A DNA stretch of 50,115 nucleotides, filler included, from Candidatus Zhuqueibacterota bacterium (GTDB taxonomy: Bacteria > BS750m-G25): NCBI GenBank assembly GCA_016783505.1. It is 4 parts of 4 records of this genome, joined end to end, with 100 filler letters (N's around TTAATTAATTAA, not from the genome) between each part and the next. Parts side by side here need not be neighbours in the genome. Positions count along the whole stretch, not along the records: positions 12,897 to 25,657 come from JADHWK010000065.1; 3 more parts are not named here. One strand, written 5' to 3'. The notes under the pieces were generated by a model that searched no databases, was not told where the DNA came from, and saw only the letters and a program-made list of their open reading frames with translations. Positions 16,604 through 25,757 of the stretch are shown here, piece by piece. A program made the translations under genes and the position numbers. Numbering within the stretch: the first letter of the stretch is position 1; the number at the start of each line of letters is the position of its first letter.

Positions 16604-17196
16604 GATTGATCCAGTTGAATCTTTTGGGAACCACCGCCATCAGGAAGAAACGGAAAAAGATCAGGTTTTATATCACATTTGCCTACATCTGTGTCTGGCT
16701 GTTTTCCATCTACACCCTTTTTTATATCTATAAGACCAATCTCTTTATTTCGACGGTCTATCAAAAGGAGATTCAAAAAATCCATACTGACATCGCTTCG
16801 TTGAGGCCTAAGTTTGCCAACATTGATAAATTATATCAGGAGAAGAAGACCATTGAAGCTAAAAAGAGCCTCTATCGGCAGGATTTTTATCGGCCGGGCA
16901 GTTGGTTGGATAAGATGATGGCCCTCTCAAGGAAAATTCCCGAAAATATCAGGCTGGAGGAACTATCAGTGAACACTAAACCCGATAAAGGTAAAGGAAA
17001 GGAGAAAATCAAACTCGTAGGATATACCCTTATTGACCGGGAGCAACAGGACGTGACCCAGCTCAATGTCTTTAAACGATTTCTTGAGGATGATGGGCGA
17101 TTTATGGAGGGTCTGGAGAAAATCGAGGTGCTTCAGGGTCGGATCGGAAAGAAAGGAAAGGACCCGGTGATGACGTTTGTCCTCGGGGTCTATTAG
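16600..17196 (+). CDS. pilN: PilN-like protein
   Basis: N-terminal IQLNLL motif, single TM, coiled coil, IPENIRLEEL; ATGA overlap with pilM and GGAGG RBS. Confidence 0.75.
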   Translation: MRLIQLNLLGTTAIRKKRKKIRFYITFAYICVWLFSIYTLFYIYKTNLFISTVYQKEIQKIHTDIASLRPKFANIDKLYQEKKTIEAKKSLYRQDFYRPGSWLDKMMALSRKIPENIRLEELSVNTKPDKGKGKEKIKLVGYTLIDREQQDVTQLNVFKRFLEDDGRFMEGLEKIEVLQGRIGKKGKDPVMTFVLGVY

Positions 17197-17210
17197 ATTC
17201 AGGAGGAACC

Positions 17211-17777
17211 TTGAAGAAGAGAACATCGGTTTTAAAAAATATCTTTAAACTTCACTGGATGTTGATGGCTATTTTCGTGTATTCCGGTGCCTTAGCCTTC
17301 GGGAATTTTGTGATTATCAAACCGCAAATACGGAAATACGAAACCCTGAAAAAGCAGCGAGAGTCCCTGGATGATATCTACCTCAGGGTTCGATCCATTG
17401 ATGTGGAACAGGTCCTGAAGTACCTCCAGGCCGAACTGGAAGAATCCCAGAAGCTTAAAACCGCTTTTGAATCCCGTACGATAAGGAAAGAGGATTTTTC
17501 GACGGTTCTGGGTGAGCTGAACCGAATCGTGCAAAAAACCGGGGTTAAGCTCCAGTCTATTGATCCCTCAAATGAGTCGGATGGGATTCTCGGTAGCTTT
17601 CAAAAAAAGCCAGTACGGATCAGCTTTCAGGGTTCTTATCCCCAGTTCTTGACTTTTCTGGGGGAGCTGGAGCAGTCCCGATTTTGGCTGTTGATTGACT
17701 CTTACAGCGTTATGGACGATCCCAAAGATCGGAAGAATCATATCTTCAAAATCGTCGTTTATTCTATTGTATCTTAA
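17211..17777 (+). CDS. pilO: PilO-like protein
   Basis: TM plus coiled coil; PVRISFQGSYPQFLTFLGELE signature. Confidence 0.8.
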   Translation: MKKRTSVLKNIFKLHWMLMAIFVYSGALAFGNFVIIKPQIRKYETLKKQRESLDDIYLRVRSIDVEQVLKYLQAELEESQKLKTAFESRTIRKEDFSTVLGELNRIVQKTGVKLQSIDPSNESDGILGSFQKKPVRISFQGSYPQFLTFLGELEQSRFWLLIDSYSVMDDPKDRKNHIFKIVVYSIVS

Positions 17778-17781
17778 ATAT

Positions 17782-18297
17782 ATGGAAGGGAAGAAAAAAA
17801 TTATCATTCTGATGGCCCTGGTTTTCTTTTTGGCCCTTGCCTGGTTTCTGGTTTTGAGAAATCCGGGGCAGGGGGCCACCGTTCAGACTTGGGTCAGCGA
17901 CGACGACCAGAGGATCGAAGTGGCCCTAATTGACAATATTATCCAGGAAATCCAGGACCTGAAGGGACCGGTGGAGGGCGATTTGGGGTCTGAGCTCACT
18001 ACCTTGGCTACCCTGGATTTGGGACGGGTGCGGGATCCCTTTACCTTCGTCGAACAAAAGAAATCCATCGGTAGGAAGAAACCACCCGGGGGTAAAAAAA
18101 GGAATATGCGAATCCCCCGGCTTGACCTCACCGGCATAATTTTTGACCGGGAGAAACCGGCGGCCATCATCAACGGTGAGGTGTATATCGAAGGGAACAT
18201 CGTTAAAGGGTTTCGAGTGGTGCGAATATCCAAAAGTGGGGTTAAACTGGTCTCCAAGGAGATCCAGATTTACTTAAAAGCCCCCGAATTTGATTGA
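17782..18297 (+). CDS. PilP/GspB-like protein
   Basis: N-terminal TM, RDPF motif, LTGIIFDREKPAAIINGEVY...V.GFRVVRI; follows pilO. Confidence 0.65.
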   Translation: MEGKKKIIILMALVFFLALAWFLVLRNPGQGATVQTWVSDDDQRIEVALIDNIIQEIQDLKGPVEGDLGSELTTLATLDLGRVRDPFTFVEQKKSIGRKKPPGGKKRNMRIPRLDLTGIIFDREKPAAIINGEVYIEGNIVKGFRVVRISKSGVKLVSKEIQIYLKAPEFD

Positions 18298-18300
18298 GGA

Positions 18301-18687
18301 GTGGAAGTGATAACAAAGAAACAGCGGTTGATCAAACTGGCACTTATTTACCTCATATTGTGTATAATTCCTCTCTTTATTTTTCAGTTTGGTTCTCATT
18401 CAAAAAGTCAAAAGAAACTCATTGACGTTGGGAAAATCAGAGAATCTTTTGTTCAAAAAGTTTAAGAAACGATTAAAGAGAAAGGATTGGAGCAGTCTAT
18501 TTCCAAACTGGTTTTTGATAAAAAGTCTTTCGGTTTGACCACGGGTGATAGGGATTGTCTAAAAGTTGGTGATGTTGTGATGGGTTATAAGATAGTGAAA
18601 ATTGATTCAAATAAAGTCACTTTGGTAAATGGCGAGCAGAAAATTGAACTATCTGTAAATGATTTGTTTGTAAGATCATTTGAATAG
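18301..18687 (+). pseudogene. Degenerate paralogue of the PilP/GspB-like gene with an internal stop
   Basis: A single frame from GTG 18301/18307 to 18687 is interrupted by TAA at 18463-18465. IDVGKIRESF and VGDVVMGYKIVKIDSNKVTL align by eye to the upstream gene. Confidence 0.55.
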
Positions 18688-18697
18688 GGGGGGAGAT

Positions 18698-19357
18698 ATG
18701 AAAAAATCAATAATATTTTTTATCCTACTTCTAATACCAGTGTTGCTCACCTGCGATAAAGACATCTTAGACCCGAAGAGTATATCTCTGGCGACCTTGA
18801 AAGGAAGTGTGGTGGAATCGGTGCTTCAAAATCCATTATCTGGGGTTACGGTGGGGGTTTCCAACCATACCGAGTCTGTACAGACCGATTCGATGGGACA
18901 GTATGCCTTAGAAGTGGAGTTGGAAACCTCCATCTCTTCTGAGGTAGTGACGCTAACCGCCCAGAAAGCGGGTTACGACCCCTTTGAACTTAAAGATGTG
19001 ACTGTCGAAGCTAATAAAACGGTAGAGATCCCTAAAATTTCACTGGATCCAGAGACATATATTGCCCAAATGACCGGTTCGGTGGTGGACACGGGGGGAA
19101 TTGCTCTGGAGGGGGTCTTGATTACGGTTTTCAACCATGCGGAGACCAGCCTTACCGATAGTTCCGGGGTGTTCAGTTTTATTGTGGTGATTGATGATCC
19201 AGTTGAAGATGTATTTGTAGGGGCCACTAAGGCGGGTTACGGGTATGCGGATCCTAATATTGATCCTGAGAAGGGGATTATGGTTACCCTAGAGTCCGAA
19301 GAGACTACTGTAGTTCCTACTGTTGTTTTAAAACCCACATCGTGGGGAAAACAATAA
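18698..19357 (+). CDS. Lipoprotein with two carboxypeptidase-regulatory-like (Ig-like) domains
   Basis: Lipobox VLLT-C; internal repeat GSVV...L.GV.....NH.E...TDS.G...KAGY occurs twice. Confidence 0.7.
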   Translation: MKKSIIFFILLLIPVLLTCDKDILDPKSISLATLKGSVVESVLQNPLSGVTVGVSNHTESVQTDSMGQYALEVELETSISSEVVTLTAQKAGYDPFELKDVTVEANKTVEIPKISLDPETYIAQMTGSVVDTGGIALEGVLITVFNHAETSLTDSSGVFSFIVVIDDPVEDVFVGATKAGYGYADPNIDPEKGIMVTLESEETTVVPTVVLKPTSWGKQ

Positions 19358-19360
19358 GGA

Positions 19361-20782
19361 TTGGATAAGATGATAAAACCTTCCAGAAGAAAACAATTTC
19401 TGCTTATTCCCTTCTGTCTTGGTATTAGCTTTTTGATTTCCACCGGGGGGGGATATCCCCCTAACCCCTTGTGGGCGCAGGAGGGTGTTAAAACCCAGGA
19501 AACGACTTTAATATCCATAAACCTGAAAAGGGTTTCCATCAATAATGTGCTGAAGGTGCTGGGTGAAAAAACAGGCCTTAAGTTTGTCGCCGACCCCGCC
19601 ATTCAGGACCGAAGGATTACCGTGAATTTAAATAGGGTCCTTCCCGACGAAGCAATTTCCGTCATCATGGAATCTAACGGTCTTGGCTATCGTAGGATCG
19701 AAGGGGTGGACGTTTACATGGTAAGCGATTTAAGCAAGATCATGGCCCATACGATCCTCACAAGCGTTCCCTGTCAATTTGCCGACGCTGTGAAACTGCA
19801 GCAGATACTTAACCAGATCGTTACCAAGGGTGTTGGTGTAGTATTGGCTGACGAGCGTACCAACACCATCATTATTAAAGAGAGCCCCGGGGTTATTGCT
19901 TATCTGGAAAAGTTAATCCAGGAGTTGGATCAGCCAACGCCCCAGGTATACATTCAGGCGGCGATCGCTGAGATATCACTGACCAAAGGAAAAGAGACAG
20001 GGGTGGAATGGCTGTGGAAGGACCCTCGATTATTGAGTCCATCAGACAAGGTGGGGACCCGGTTTGATCTGAGATCGCCCGCCCTCGAAGATGAGATAAA
20101 ATACTTTGACAACGAAGGCAATCCCCTCGGGAGGGGCCTGCCCATTGGCCAGGGGCTGGGGATTGGTGTCATAAACCTCCATATTGATGCCGTCCTTTAC
20201 TTCCTGCAGACGGATTATGAATTGAATCTCCTCTCCCGTCCCTATTTAGTAACACTAGACAACCAGGTAGCAACTATTGAGGTCGGTGACCAAATTCCCT
20301 ATAAGGTTTTAAGCCAGTATGGGATAACCTCATATGAATTTAAGGCGGCCACCATTAAACTTCTGGTGAGACCACATATCAACAATGACTCGACGATTAC
20401 CATAGAGCTGGAGCCCAGCGCGGATTTTCAAAGCGGTATGACACCTGATGGGGTGCCCATAATCGCCACCCGAAGGGCCAAAACCCGGATTACGGTGGAC
20501 AATGGGAATACCATTGTCATCGGGGGACTCATGCGGGAGTCGGAGACCAAGACGGTAAGCAAGGTGCCTTTGTTGGGTTCCATACCTTTATTAGGGATCC
20601 CCTTTAGAAGCCGGGTCTATAAAAAGGAGAAAACCGAATTGGTGATTCTTATTACCCCAATGATAGTTACCAAAGAAGTGGTTGAGAAGGTCCTTCAACC
20701 CGAGGGGGAACTGTCGAAGAAAGTTTACCAAAAAACAAAGAAAACTGACATTAATAAAGATACCCTAAAAGTACCCCAATAA
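19361..20782 (+). CDS. Secretin (PilQ/GspD family)
   Basis: STN-like N0 domain, DERTNTIII, LDQPTPQVYIQAAIAE, VIGGL, KVPLLGSIPLLG, ELVILITP. Confidence 0.92.
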   Translation: MDKMIKPSRRKQFLLIPFCLGISFLISTGGGYPPNPLWAQEGVKTQETTLISINLKRVSINNVLKVLGEKTGLKFVADPAIQDRRITVNLNRVLPDEAISVIMESNGLGYRRIEGVDVYMVSDLSKIMAHTILTSVPCQFADAVKLQQILNQIVTKGVGVVLADERTNTIIIKESPGVIAYLEKLIQELDQPTPQVYIQAAIAEISLTKGKETGVEWLWKDPRLLSPSDKVGTRFDLRSPALEDEIKYFDNEGNPLGRGLPIGQGLGIGVINLHIDAVLYFLQTDYELNLLSRPYLVTLDNQVATIEVGDQIPYKVLSQYGITSYEFKAATIKLLVRPHINNDSTITIELEPSADFQSGMTPDGVPIIATRRAKTRITVDNGNTIVIGGLMRESETKTVSKVPLLGSIPLLGIPFRSRVYKKEKTELVILITPMIVTKEVVEKVLQPEGELSKKVYQKTKKTDINKDTLKVPQ

Positions 20783-20815
20783 TGAATCATCAGGTTATTT
20801 CAAAGGGGGTTTATT

Positions 20816-21232
20816 ATGAGGGAAAGCCAAACCATTCGGGTCATGGTTATTGACGATGAAAAGGCGACCCGGGATGTATTTGAGGAGATCTTTGAAGGGG
20901 AGAACTTTTCTGTCTTTCCAGCGGAGGACGGACTTAAGGCCATCGCTGAGATGAAAAAAAGACAGTACGACTTGGCGTTTATAGATATTCGCATGCCCCA
21001 GATAGATGGTCTGGAAACGCTGAGGAGGCTCAAGAAAATCCACCCCGATCTAATGGCAGTTATGATATCCGGATTTCGGGATGAGGATATCATAGAAAAG
21101 GCCCTGAAGATTGGGGCGGTGGGTTATCTATATAAGCCCCTCGATATTCAGGACATTCTGGGGGTGGCGCTTAAATGTTCCCATCAGTTGGGGGTACCTA
21201 ATCAGGTAGAAATAGTGGAAACTAATTCTTAG
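20816..21232 (+). CDS. Single-domain response regulator
   Basis: VIDDE, DIRMPQIDG, ISG, YKP. Confidence 0.9.
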   Translation: MRESQTIRVMVIDDEKATRDVFEEIFEGENFSVFPAEDGLKAIAEMKKRQYDLAFIDIRMPQIDGLETLRRLKKIHPDLMAVMISGFRDEDIIEKALKIGAVGYLYKPLDIQDILGVALKCSHQLGVPNQVEIVETNS

Positions 21233-21286
21233 GAGGAATTATCCCCTGATAATCGCCGTTGAAAAAACGATGTTCTTTCCATCGGA

Positions 21287-21322
21287 AACCCGAGCCTTGA
21301 TCGGTCCTGGTTTTTTTTTTTT
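21287..21322 (+). terminator. Probable intrinsic terminator after the pilus operon
   Basis: Imperfect GC hairpin followed by a long T run (21311-21322). Confidence 0.4.
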
Positions 21323-21399
21323 ATGTGTGCCCGGCATGACACGACCACTTGGGGGTAAGAGTCCTCTACTGGCCCGGCAGGGGGAATCCGCCGCAGGCG

Positions 21400-21551
21400 G
21401 ATGAAGAATCTCGTTCTTTATTGAGCCCCTCTTCCAAATGAGATTCTTCATTCCACTACGCTTCATTCAGAATGACAAAAACGCAGGTTGTCATCCTGAC
21501 CCGAATCCCTGACCCTGAACGAAATGAAGGGAAAGGAGCAATGAAGAATCT
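21400..21551. repeat. REP-like palindromic cluster
   Basis: ATGAAGAATCTC...GAGATTCTTCAT, CAGAATGACA...TGTCATCCTG and a second ATGAAGAATCT. Confidence 0.6.
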
Positions 21552-22005
21552 GAGAAGCCTTCCCCCGACCCGTCCCGATAATTCGGGATAAATAGGGATC
21601 AGACCCGCCCTGAGTTCATTACCCAAAACTAAGGCCATTGGTGAATATTATCATCCACCGGATTTAAGGGGACATAAAAAACCCCGATTTCAATCGGGGT
21701 AACTAGACGTCTCGGAAATTCTAAAAACTTATTGAAAACATTAGAGTTATTCAAGCATTTCTGGAAGGACATCAGAATATCAGTGAATTAGTAGGAAGGT
21801 TACCAGGATATCAGAATACCAGATCGTTTTCTCGGGGCTATGTTTATCCCATTTACTTGTCCGTCTGGTTTTCTGGCTTTTCTGATACTCTTCCCATCCC
21901 GAACCTTCGGGACTGATAAACTGATATACTTATTCCCACCGTCCCATTGTTCCAGTTGGGGCGTAGCCCCTAAGTTCATGAATCAAAGATGTTTTGGGTC
22001 ATGGG

Positions 22006-23682
22006 TTATCTGATAGTACCCTGGTAGATGGTGGTGAGCTGTTTTTCCCTGACTAAGGGGTTGCTGTAGTCCGGCAGGATCATGGGGGCGATCCTATCGG
22101 TTATAATGCCCGCTTCCTCCATCTCCTTATGATATCGTCTCACATGATCCAGGGTTAGTTCTCCGTCTTCTGGGGTTTCTTTTGCATAGATGGCCGCATT
22201 CTTGCCGGCAATCTGACCGAAGACGGTGACACCGAGCAGGGAGTTGCCCATCAGTCTGTTTTCACCGTGAACCCCGCCGGAGACCTCGCCCGCCACAAAC
22301 AAGCCGGGTATGGTTGTCTCGCATTTAGGATTGATCTCCAGACCACCATTCTGGTAATGAAGGGTGGGATAGATCAACATGGGCGCTTTGGAGATATCAA
22401 TTTCATATCTTTTGAAGAGGATAAATTTGCCCGGAAAATCTTTTTTCACTGTCCCTTCACCGTGCAACAAATCTATCATCGGCGAATCCAGCCAGACCCC
22501 AACCTTGCCGGTGGGGGTGGGGACCCCCTTCTCCACATCAGGGAGGCACTCCCGAATTATGCTGGCTGCTTCCACATCCCGGGGCTCCCTTTCGTAGACG
22601 AACTGTTCCCCATCTATGTTCACCAGGTTGGCTCCGGCACCCCTGAATTTTTCCGTGATCAGGAGTCCCTCTGCCTGTTCGGGGAATACCGCTCCGGTGG
22701 GATGGTACTGAACCGTATGCAGAAAGCACAGTTTCACCCCGGCTCGATAGCCTATAACAACCCCATCCCCGGTGGCTCCATAATGATTGGTGGTCATATA
22801 ATTTTGTATGTGCAGCCTGCCGGAACCCCCGGTGGCAAAGATGACCGCTCTCGCCTTAATTACCAGGTATTCTTCTGTTTCCAGGTTATAAGCAACGACG
22901 CCGGCGCAGTGGCCCTTTTCATTCAGAACCAACTCTATCACGGGGCAGAATTCCAACACCTTGATGTCCTCGGCTCGATTTCTGGCTTCGTCCCGAAGAG
23001 TGCGCATAATCTCCGCACCGGTAATGTCGGCCGCGTAGTGCATTCGCTTTCGGCTGGTTCCCCCCCCATGCAAGGCCTTTAATCTTCCATCAGTGAACTT
23101 GGTGAACATGCATCCCAGGCTCTCCAGCCAGGCAATCGTCCTGGGGGCCTCGGTTACCAGGGTGTAGACCAACTCCGGGTCGTTGACGAAATGACCACCT
23201 CCCATTATATCTAAATAATGGTAATAGGGAGAATCCTTTTCCTGCTTGATGGCCGCCTGAATGCCCCCTTCGGCCATCATCGTATTGGCATCACCATGCC
23301 TGAGCTTGGTAACGATCATTACCTTGGCCCCCTGTTCCTGGGCCCGAAGGGCAGCGGCTGTCCCCGCCCCTCCCCCCCCAACGATCAAAATATCGGTCTG
23401 GTAGGTCACTTCGGAGAGATCCAGTTTGTCCGGGTCAACCCGACTCTTGGCTTCCAGCAGGTCAACGAACTCGTTACTTATGGCATAACCCTTGTTAGGA
23501 CCTACCCTGATCTCCCTTCGATTTCCCTTGATAAAATCCGGATGGTGCTTTTTCAATATTTTTTCCCTTTCGGCGAGGGGGAGGGCGGGAAATTCTTCCC
23601 CCCTTTTCTTCCTTTCCAGCCGGGCCGGTCTTGTCTTTTCAACCTTCTTGATCAGTTCTTTTAAATCCGGCGTATAAGGCAT
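22006..23682 (-). CDS. Soluble fumarate reductase/succinate dehydrogenase-like flavoprotein (TfrA/NadB-related)
   Basis: GGGGAG FAD motif, ATGG, QYHPT, TEKFRG, HYQNGG and HGENRLMGNSL active-site motifs; AGGAGG RBS before ATG 23682. Confidence 0.85.
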   Translation of the reverse strand: MPYTPDLKELIKKVEKTRPARLERKKRGEEFPALPLAEREKILKKHHPDFIKGNRREIRVGPNKGYAISNEFVDLLEAKSRVDPDKLDLSEVTYQTDILIVGGGGAGTAAALRAQEQGAKVMIVTKLRHGDANTMMAEGGIQAAIKQEKDSPYYHYLDIMGGGHFVNDPELVYTLVTEAPRTIAWLESLGCMFTKFTDGRLKALHGGGTSRKRMHYAADITGAEIMRTLRDEARNRAEDIKVLEFCPVIELVLNEKGHCAGVVAYNLETEEYLVIKARAVIFATGGSGRLHIQNYMTTNHYGATGDGVVIGYRAGVKLCFLHTVQYHPTGAVFPEQAEGLLITEKFRGAGANLVNIDGEQFVYEREPRDVEAASIIRECLPDVEKGVPTPTGKVGVWLDSPMIDLLHGEGTVKKDFPGKFILFKRYEIDISKAPMLIYPTLHYQNGGLEINPKCETTIPGLFVAGEVSGGVHGENRLMGNSLLGVTVFGQIAGKNAAIYAKETPEDGELTLDHVRRYHKEMEEAGIITDRIAPMILPDYSNPLVREKQLTTIYQGTIR

Positions 23683-23854
23683 GGTAATCCTCCTGTCTCT
23701 TTCTACGTAATAGTCCACTACAGAATATCACGGAACTGAATAAGCAATCAGCAATCAGCTTTTGGTGTTCAACCCTTATTCAAGTTTCTTATATATCTTT
23801 GTGTCTTGGTGTCTTTCAGTCAAATGCCCGACTGAAGTGCCAGAACTGTCTCCT

Positions 23855-24634
23855 TTACAAATACTGGGTATTTTGCGGGGTCCAGAACTCATCGGCGCCC
23901 TCCGGTTCTGTTTCCCTCTCAACATATAATTTCTTCAGTTCGTCAGTGTCGGATTCCATCAGCTTTTTCAACCCCCCTTTGTATTTCCCCCCATCGAGGA
24001 CGGAAACCATCTGGGCCAGATGCTCGGCTCTGGGGGCAAGGTATTTGGCGTAGAGTCTTCGGCATAGGATGGCTACATTAAACTGCACCTCCTCAGCCGG
24101 ACATCGAGAGGCACAGAGGCCGCACATCACACAGTCAAAGGAGAGCTCCGCCACCCGCTCGACATTCCCCCGGATGGCCTGGGACATGTATTCCATAACC
24201 TCAATGTCCATCGGGCATGACCGGGTGCAGGTATTGCAGCCTACACATTTGAATACCTCCGGATACAACTGGGCAATAGTGGACCCAGTGGGTTGAAGCT
24301 CGTCTATGTTGTAAATGGTTTTGTTGGCCGGGAAAAAGGGGATCTGGGTCAGGTACATGTTCGGTTTGACCACCGTCTGACAGGCCAGGCCCACCTCAAT
24401 TCGGTAGGTGTCCGGCATCCGATATACGGTGCCGCAGGCCCCACAGATTCCTCCCCGGCATCCGCAGCCCCGAATGAGCTGGTAACCCGCATACTCCATG
24501 GCTTTCTGGATGGTTAAGGTATCGGGGACCTCATATCTTTTCCCCATAATAAAGACGGGGATCAAGCTTTCCCCCGCCGGGGCTTGGGCTTCTCCGCCCG
24601 CTTTCATTTTTTCTTGTGCTTCCCTATAGGCCAT
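23855..24634 (-). CDS. Iron-sulfur subunit (2Fe-2S plus two 4Fe-4S)
   Basis: GCRGGICGAC...LAC; CVGCNTCTRSCP; CVMCGLCASRCP. Confidence 0.88.
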   Translation of the reverse strand: MAYREAQEKMKAGGEAQAPAGESLIPVFIMGKRYEVPDTLTIQKAMEYAGYQLIRGCGCRGGICGACGTVYRMPDTYRIEVGLACQTVVKPNMYLTQIPFFPANKTIYNIDELQPTGSTIAQLYPEVFKCVGCNTCTRSCPMDIEVMEYMSQAIRGNVERVAELSFDCVMCGLCASRCPAEEVQFNVAILCRRLYAKYLAPRAEHLAQMVSVLDGGKYKGGLKKLMESDTDELKKLYVERETEPEGADEFWTPQNTQYL

Positions 24635-24638
24635 TTTG

Positions 24639-25076
24639 TTACCTCCTCTCCTCAGTCCTCAGTTTTAGGGGGCCCAAGGATCTTATCTGTTCGGTAAATT
24701 CATTCATTACTTCCACAAATTTATTCCCCTCTGCGGCTGAGATCCATTCCAACCGAAGTCTCCCCTTTTCCAACCCAAACTGGATTAATAATTTCTCAAG
24801 CAGGGTCATTCTCCGTAGAGTCTTGTAATTTCCCTCTTGATAATGGCAATCTCCGGGGTGACAACCGCCGACAAGGACCCCGTCTGCCCCCTGCTCAAAC
24901 GCCCACAGGATGTGTTGTGGGTCAAGCCGACTGGAACACATGAGGCGGATGTTTACCCCGTTGGGGGCATATTGCATTCGGGAAGTTCCCGCCAGATCGG
25001 CTCCGGCATAAGTACACCATTTGCACAGAAAACAGATAATCTTCGGCTCAAATCCGTTGCTATCGGTATTAGGCAT
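24639..25076 (-). CDS. mvhD: MvhD/FlxD-type 2Fe-2S subunit
   Basis: FLCKWCTYAGADLAGTSR, MCSSR, GGCHPGDCHYQEGN, WISAAEG. Confidence 0.9.
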   Translation of the reverse strand: MPNTDSNGFEPKIICFLCKWCTYAGADLAGTSRMQYAPNGVNIRLMCSSRLDPQHILWAFEQGADGVLVGGCHPGDCHYQEGNYKTLRRMTLLEKLLIQFGLEKGRLRLEWISAAEGNKFVEVMNEFTEQIRSLGPLKLRTEERR

Positions 25077-25468
25077 TTTTTGCTTTCTCCCTAACGAAAG
25101 TTTCATTTAGCGTTTGATCCCATAACATTTTTTGATAAGTTAATCAAAATAAAATAAAAAGTCAAGCCTTTTTACTCAGCATCGTAGATCGAAAATGTCC
25201 CGTCCCGAGACCACGGAATCGGAACTTTCCGACTTCCCTTTCAATGATCGAAAGTCCCAAGGGATCGGGACATTTCGGACCTAAAAAAATCATATGAATC
25301 TCCATCAGTAATAGCATATCACAATGTGGAAAAAATTGAAAAGAATTTTTTGAACTATCCCATATGTTGAAATTTACAACAGATGGACATAAGGACAAAA
25401 ACTTTAAAAGAGAATAAAAACAGGTTTAAGTATTTGTTATTGGGAGGCTTAAAGTATCTATCAGTTTA

Positions 25469-25484
25469 TGGCACATAAATTGCA
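25469..25484 (+). promoter_or_regulatory. Sigma-54 (-24/-12) promoter
   Basis: TGGCAC-ATAAA-TTGCA, about 70 nt upstream of an ORF with an AAGGAGGT RBS. Confidence 0.75.
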
Positions 25485-25553
25485 ATATGGTATAACGTAA
25501 TTAACCCCGCTCACGACCGGGGTATCCTGCCATATTTTTTATGAAAGGAGGTA

Positions 25554-25657
25554 ATGATGCAGTGTCCATTTTTAGAAGAGGTTTTGGTAAGATATTGTGA
25601 AGCTTATCCAGTGAAGAAGATGATTCCTTCGAGTAGCTCAGATAAGCTCAGTTTATG
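25554..25657 (+). CDS. Partial Cys-rich protein (N-terminus resembles extended GcvH-like proteins), runs into gap
   Basis: MMQCPFLEEVLVRYCEAYPVKKMIPSSSSDKLSL; strong RBS. Family call is tentative. Confidence 0.45.
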
Positions 25658-25757
25658 NNNNNNNNNNNNNNNNNNNNNNNNNNNNNNNNNNNNNNNNNNN
25701 NTTAATTAATTAANNNNNNNNNNNNNNNNNNNNNNNNNNNNNNNNNNNNNNNNNNNN
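25658..25757. other. Assembly gap / artificial contig linker
   Basis: N-run with TTAATTAATTAA. Confidence 0.98.

Noticed and set aside
22267-23082. Long antisense ORFs (also 5280..5798, 41212..41778, 44201..44689)
   Set aside because: Shadow frames opposite well-supported genes, with no recognisable motifs.
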